Assembly: GCA_040285825.1 (NCBI GenBank)
Contig: JAUPSS010000010.1
Coordinates: 1,238,881-1,302,880, forward strand
Source of the DNA: Eukaryota sp. TZLM1-RC
Lineage: Eukaryota; Protista; Metamonada: BaSk clade
Reading direction: 5' to 3'
DNA length: 64,000 nucleotides
Shown here: one piece after another, positions 58,506-64,000 of the stretch
How the letters are laid out: every line of letters starts with the position of its first letter
Numbering within the stretch: position 1 is the stretch's first letter
The notes under the pieces: model-generated
What the model was told of the DNA's origin: nothing
The model's database searches: none
Seen by the model: only the letters and a program-made list of their open reading frames with translations
Program-made: the position numbers and the translations under genes

Positions 58506-59882
58506 CAAGCAATTACAATTGCCCAATATAGCTCCAGTAGAGAGAAAAAACCTTGTCATATTTCTCCTGTTTCAACCACTGTAGGCCCTGGATATTTTCC
58601 TATTGATACAAGAACACTATGAAGAATTGTTAAACAAACATTGATGGATGATTTATCATCTACACAGACACTGAAAATGTCCAATACATTAGCCCAAATT
58701 ACGAAATTCAATCCACCTGAGCAATTTGACTTTTGGTCTAATATTCTCGATTTAAACCAACCAATGTTCAAACAGAAGAGCTATAAATTCAACAACATTA
58801 TCCACACAGATGGATTTAATATTGCATTAGAATTTGTTCGTCAGGATTTACAAGGTCAGAAATGTAAGCCAGACAACAAGGCCAGAATTTCGGATTTATA
58901 TATTGTTGACGTTGATGTTGATACTTTTCAAGACAAACGAATTGTTGTTTGTGATCCTGGAAAACGTGATTTATTGTATTTTGGCAGCAAAAAGACTGAT
59001 GAAGAACTAGCAATGGTGCCTGAACATGAAACGGAACAGCAAAGAAATAGTGGGGTGATGAACCAAGACAAGAAGTACAAATGGTTGAGAATGACTCAGA
59101 TGTCCTGGTCTTTGAAAAGTAGGATGAATGAAAAGCAAAAACGATGGGCGATAAAGTATACTGAGGTAGATTGAAACAGGCACCAAATGATAGAGTCTAA
59201 CGAAATGACAAATGAAGATGCAAACACCGAATTATCCGTGTTTGCTGCAAATTCAGCATCTCTTATAGATTTTTCCAACTTTGTGGTTGCCAAACTTCGG
59301 CAAGTTTTTTTGACAATTGAATTTTACAGTCTTGACTTGTGGAGCATTCATAAAATGCAAGTTTTTATTCACAAGCAAAAGACTGAAAGTTGGTTGTTAA
59401 AAAGCCTTGTTCAGCATTTTGGTAATCCAAAAGACACTTTAATTCTAATGGGTGATTATGGTAAAAAAGGTTCCAAGAATTTGAAACATCAGAGACCTAC
59501 TCGACACATTGGATGGATTCAATTTCTGAAAAGAAATGGATTTGAAGTATTGATGATTAATGAAGCTTTCACTTCAGCAAAATGTCCTGTTTGTTTTGAA
59601 AAGGTTGCTACGTTTTTGAAAGTAACAAATCCCAGATTCTATAGAAGAGAAAAGACTCCTGTTACTACATGTCATGGTTTATTAGCTTGTAATAGTGAGA
59701 GTTGCAAACACAGTAACAAAGGCTCAACAAAGCTCTTCAATAGAAATAAGCTGGCTTGTCTGAACATGTTTGCAATTGCTGAAGCCAGAATAAGTGGTAA
59801 TGAAAGGGGTTTCATTGTAGTAGATAGTTTTTGTAATTATTCCACACAAAAATAGATCGTGTACTTATGGGAATTTCCCACA
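58506..59882 (+). pseudogene. Fanzor family B, copy 2 (in-frame stops; RuvC-III Asp position is Asn)
   Basis: Highly similar to 31310-32690; DPGKRD, INEAFTSAKCPVC, FNRNKLACLN; shared 3' end up to CCCACA. Confidence 0.9.
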
Positions 59883-59889
59883 GTACATA

Positions 59890-60819
59890 ATGCTGCACAA
59901 CCTTATCCAAGACTCTTCTCGTACTGCTGCTGATAATGGTTACCTTCTTCAGTTTCCTGTCTGTAAGCTCACAATCCCTTTTTTCCCACATTGTAGCGAA
60001 CCAAAGTCTCTCTTGTTGTTGCAGAAATCCAATGTTGATTACAAAAAACCTACGCATTCTGATCAATCCAAACGAAGATTAAATCCATTTTTGCCATTCG
60101 ATCCTCATTCATTTGTGTGTGAAATAACGGATGAACATGTTATTCTCCTAAACAAATTTATCGCTATAGAAGGGCACTGTCTCATTGTTACTAAGAAATT
60201 TGTACCTCAATGGAGCCCAGTCACTCCTCTCGATTCATTAGCCTTGGCCAAAGTTTTGCTAGATATGGACTGTTTGGTGTTCTTTAATTGTGGTTCTCTC
60301 ACTGGAGCTAGTCAACCGCATAAACATTTTCAATTTTTGCCTCTACCACTTTCAAATGAGTGCTCTGTCTACTGTCCTTTGAATAACCTCATCAGTGACT
60401 CCAAACTTCCTTTTGGAGAAGTGTGTTCGCTTCCACAGTTCAAGTTCAATCATGCACTGGTTCGGTTTTCCGGCTATTCAAATGAGGAAGATTTCCAGCA
60501 ATTGATTCATTCATCGTACATCTCTATAATGGAAAGATTGGAGATACACACAGGTCATTACACGAAGCTGTTGGAGTGTCACAGATTTGAGGATGTTGAT
60601 GATTTTTATGATGTTCAAGTAAATTTGCCTTGCTATTCGCTTATTGTCACTAGGAAGTTTATGTTTATCGTTCGTAGAAAAGCTGCCAGTGCATTTGGAA
60701 TAGAAGCAAATTCATCAGCTTTTGCTGGTAGTTTGTTTGTAAGAACCCAAGAACAATTAGACCATGTTTCCAAAATTGGGCTTATTGGAGTGTTGGAGGA
60801 GCTGTCTGAGGAGAAGTAG
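59890..60819 (+). CDS. ATP adenylyltransferase / Ap4A phosphorylase (Apa2-like, HIT superfamily)
   Basis: NPFLP, LLNKF, H.LIVT..F..Q, FFNCG...GASQPHKHFQ, NS..FAGSL.V. Confidence 0.92.
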   Translation: MLHNLIQDSSRTAADNGYLLQFPVCKLTIPFFPHCSEPKSLLLLQKSNVDYKKPTHSDQSKRRLNPFLPFDPHSFVCEITDEHVILLNKFIAIEGHCLIVTKKFVPQWSPVTPLDSLALAKVLLDMDCLVFFNCGSLTGASQPHKHFQFLPLPLSNECSVYCPLNNLISDSKLPFGEVCSLPQFKFNHALVRFSGYSNEEDFQQLIHSSYISIMERLEIHTGHYTKLLECHRFEDVDDFYDVQVNLPCYSLIVTRKFMFIVRRKAASAFGIEANSSAFAGSLFVRTQEQLDHVSKIGLIGVLEELSEEK

Positions 60820-61489
60820 TTATTGTTTTTGTATTATTAGTGTTGTTTCATTACGTTTATAAATATGAAGCACATTAGACAATACCATAAATGGTTAAAT
60901 TATTAATTTTAAACCCCGTTAATACTACATCATCAAACACGTTTGAACTTGTGTAATTGAGTTGAATTACGTTTTTGCTTTACTTCAGAAGTTCCTTGAT
61001 GATGAACAACAAAGATTTTGGTACTGTCTTTCCTGATATTCATATATTGTCTGCCAATCTTTCAATGACCATTAAATATGCTGATACTTATCTGATAGGG
61101 AAAAGTGCAACATATTCACACCAGTAGCGTTATCGAATTCTTTAAATCCAGCACAACACAATTGAAGAAAAGTGAATTGCACAGCAACTAGTAGAAGACT
61201 AGAGAGTGTCTTCAAAAAAAATTTGTGAGATCCTGTGAGACATTCGTAATAGTTCTGCTGCTGCGGTAGTTACTCAAATTCCCGTTATTGATGGACTTCT
61301 TCTGAAAACAACGAGTTTTTGAACCTGCGTTTTCGTTGTTTTTTGTGGTTAAAAAATCTGTCCAATCATTTAAATATTAAATTTGGAAAGCCTCCAATGT
61401 TGACTCATCTTTTGAACTGTAAACATTTTATTACATTTAGAAGTAAAGTACATAATAATGTGCTATAATGTAGAATAATGTTTTTATAA

Positions 61490-62020
61490 TAATAAAAATC
61501 AATCTCCTCAAACTCCACATCTACTATTGAAAACTTACCTACAGCATTTTTTTCATAAAAATTTCCTAGTGATAACAACGAGCTAGAAACAAGACTATAC
61601 ATTCCCTTAAAAATAGAAAATACAATTCTGTTTTGCCAAAAGGTTCGGTCAAATATTCTTACAGTTCTATTTTTGACAATAGATGAGAAATCGTCCAAAA
61701 AAGATAACGCAGTTTTACCCAAGGTTCCAAATAAAGAAAAAGCAAAAGGACAAAGAATATATTGAGTATGTGAGTTGGAATTCAGATTATTGATTTTGTC
61801 TGTGTACTTGATAATTTTCGCTTTTTCAGCTCTACGTAAAGGAGAATTATAAGATTGTGTCAGTTTTTCATTTGAGCTGTTTGATACATCAGTAGATCTG
61901 ACATCAATAATGATCATTGATCGATCAAGTCCGGGAACTAGCACATCACCACGGCTGTCACCCAAAGAATTTCTGTTAGATTCATCAGCCAAATTTGAAA
62001 GCAAAGGTTCTAAAAAAGAT
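61490..62020 (-). mobile_element. Family-C non-LTR 3' fragment
   Basis: GDSRGDVLVPGLDRSMIIIDVRSTDV...AEKAKIIKY...FWQNRIVF. Confidence 0.88.
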
Positions 62021-62061
62021 AAAATCTCAGTGAATCTCAGAGAATCTGCTGCAATATTGGA

Positions 62062-62692
62062 TTTTTTTTTAAAAACTGGAATATTTATTGAGATAAAAAT
62101 AACCATCTAGAATTCAATATCCTCCAAACAAGCGTCACTATTACTGAACCTACTCACAGCATTACGTTCATATTCTACACCGATAGCTAAAAGTGCCTTT
62201 GAAATCATTGTAGGAATAGACTTGAAAATGCAAAAAACAATTCTATTTAACCAGAAAGTGGAGTTCATTGTTTTACCAGACCTATTCAGTAACACTTTTT
62301 TAAAATTTTCCAAAAAGTGCAACCCTGAAGGTCCAATATTGCCAAAAAGAGAAATTGCAAACGGCACAAACTGATATTTCACATGTTCCACTCTACCTAA
62401 CTGTGCCAAAGGTTCTTCATATTTTTTTATCTTCTTTTTTTCGGCGTTAGATAACGGCGAATCAGCGGAATACACTAAACGAGCAGCAGAATTTTTGCAA
62501 ACATCAACTGAGACAACATCTACAACATTGAGAACACCATCGATCCCTGGAGCTACTAAATCTGCCCTTCTTTTACCAAAGGAATCATCAGTTTGATCTG
62601 AAGACAGCTTACGTACTAGTGGCTCAATAAATGCCTCTATATTGAAACTTTTGCACATGGCATATAATTGATCACAAACTGAGTCATGAACA
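62062..62692 (-). mobile_element. 5'-truncated family-B non-LTR copy with poly(A)
   Basis: Near-identical to 48360-48980. Confidence 0.92.
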
Positions 62693-62740
62693 ATATATTG
62701 GATTTTACAACAAAATTCCCTTTTTCAAACAACAGTCAGA

Positions 62741-63628
62741 ATGGAGGGCCTCTCGCCTTTCCAGGGTGGTGCTTGTGGCCACAACACATCTCTTGGATGT
62801 GATCCACTCAATGCTTGTTTTAATCGGTTCCAAAATGTCATACCTTCAGATTCTCATCTTGTTCACCTCAAGAATCCACCTCAATATATCAATGCTTCTT
62901 ATGTTCATCATTGTTCATTTATTGCTACACAAGCTCCATTACCACACACAATCTCTCACTTTTGGCAAATGATTTTTGAAACTAATGCAACTGCAATTCT
63001 TTCCCTCACGCCCCTTTTAGATCAGTACTGGCCTTCTACCATTGGTTCAAACATAACATATTCGTTCTTCAATGTTTTATTGGAATCAGAAGAAATGATT
63101 CAATCTAATTCTATAATTGTCCGCACTTTTATTTTATCTATTTCAAATGAATCAACCACCTCCTTCAACCCTGGTAGTCCATGTACTCCAGGCCCCTCTA
63201 CTGTTTGTGCAAGTGATTCACTCCCATTCAAAAGAATCACACATATCCATTACCTTGGATGGCCAGATGGTCTTGCTCCTCGGTGCATCAATGAATGGAA
63301 TACTGTGCTTGATCTGGTTCTTTCACTGGGCTCGCCTCTTGCCCCCCTGAAGCCTCCCCTTATTGTACACTGTCTGGCTGGGGTGGGGAGGACAGCATGT
63401 GCCATTGCTACTTTGGTTATGCTCGACTGTGCTCGTAAAGGCTCTTTGGCTATGTTTAACTTGGATGAATTCATTGTAGATCTCAGGCGTTGTAGGTGTC
63501 CTTTAATGGTTGAGAATGAAGATCAGTATTCTTTTTTGGTTAATTTCAAAAATTGCCTGTCTTGCAATGATGTAAATGACAATTTTATTACTGATAGTTA
63601 TGAATATCTTTCTTGTAGATTTGATTAG
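62741..63628 (+). CDS. Classical protein tyrosine phosphatase
   Basis: YINAS, FIATQAPL, FWQMIFE, WPD loop, VHCLAGVGRT, QY. Confidence 0.95.
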   Translation: MEGLSPFQGGACGHNTSLGCDPLNACFNRFQNVIPSDSHLVHLKNPPQYINASYVHHCSFIATQAPLPHTISHFWQMIFETNATAILSLTPLLDQYWPSTIGSNITYSFFNVLLESEEMIQSNSIIVRTFILSISNESTTSFNPGSPCTPGPSTVCASDSLPFKRITHIHYLGWPDGLAPRCINEWNTVLDLVLSLGSPLAPLKPPLIVHCLAGVGRTACAIATLVMLDCARKGSLAMFNLDEFIVDLRRCRCPLMVENEDQYSFLVNFKNCLSCNDVNDNFITDSYEYLSCRFD

Positions 63629-64000
63629 AGTTTCTCCATGGTGTTTTGTCCGTTTGTTGGGATTTTTAGAATGTCATTTGTTGCATGTTTCTAATACTTT
63701 GAATATCTTGAATCAATCATTAAATTTATTGGTTTCTAGATAAATTAATTGTATAACTCAGATTTTCCTCATTAGTGTTTTTTCTGGAACAGCAGATTTT
63801 CCCAAGATAAGAGACCTCAATCTTCACCACACATCTTTAATGCAACTGTCCATTGCATTTAACTGAGTGATATTAGCAGAATATATTGCACAATTCCACA
63901 TCTGCTGCTGTCTCCCTTGTTAGTATGCTGAATCATTGTTTGTTGTGTCTTTCACCAGTAAACATCTTCAGCATTCATTCCACAGGTCGGCTCTGGTGTG

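Noticed and set aside
63700-64000. Cys/Trp-containing reverse-strand remnant, possibly another Fanzor tail
   Set aside because: No RD.NA..N or CxxC motif could be aligned, and it is cut by the window edge.

Overview
AT-rich, gene-dense eukaryotic (protist-like) DNA with very short (28-33 nt) GT-AG introns. About 17 host genes are present, including DCAF7/WDR68, a TLDc protein, a TGS+ankyrin protein, a WDR89-like protein, myotubularin, Sec61-gamma (missed by the ORF track), a Dsc3-like protein, a CAMK-type kinase, a RING+Hsp70-fold protein, Ap4A phosphorylase and a PTP. They sit among nested mobile DNA: (i) at least 7 Fanzor/TnpB-like loci from 3-4 families, all damaged, several with conserved structured 3' ends (candidate omega-RNAs), and five of them ending 7-80 nt upstream of a co-oriented host start codon; (ii) a recent Ty3/gypsy chromovirus-like element with identical 155-bp LTRs, whose ORF starts inside the 5' LTR, (once a frameshift is repaired) stops inside the 3' LTR, and lacks a canonical tRNA PBS, plus related solo LTRs; (iii) three families of RLE-type (CRE-like) non-LTR retrotransposons; (iv) a hAT MITE; (v) a decayed ORF with a 2A/StopGo motif followed by a PolB-type DEDD exonuclease. 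No rRNA, tRNA or CRISPR array was recognised. All assignments come from motif recognition by eye, and the boundaries of decayed elements are approximate.
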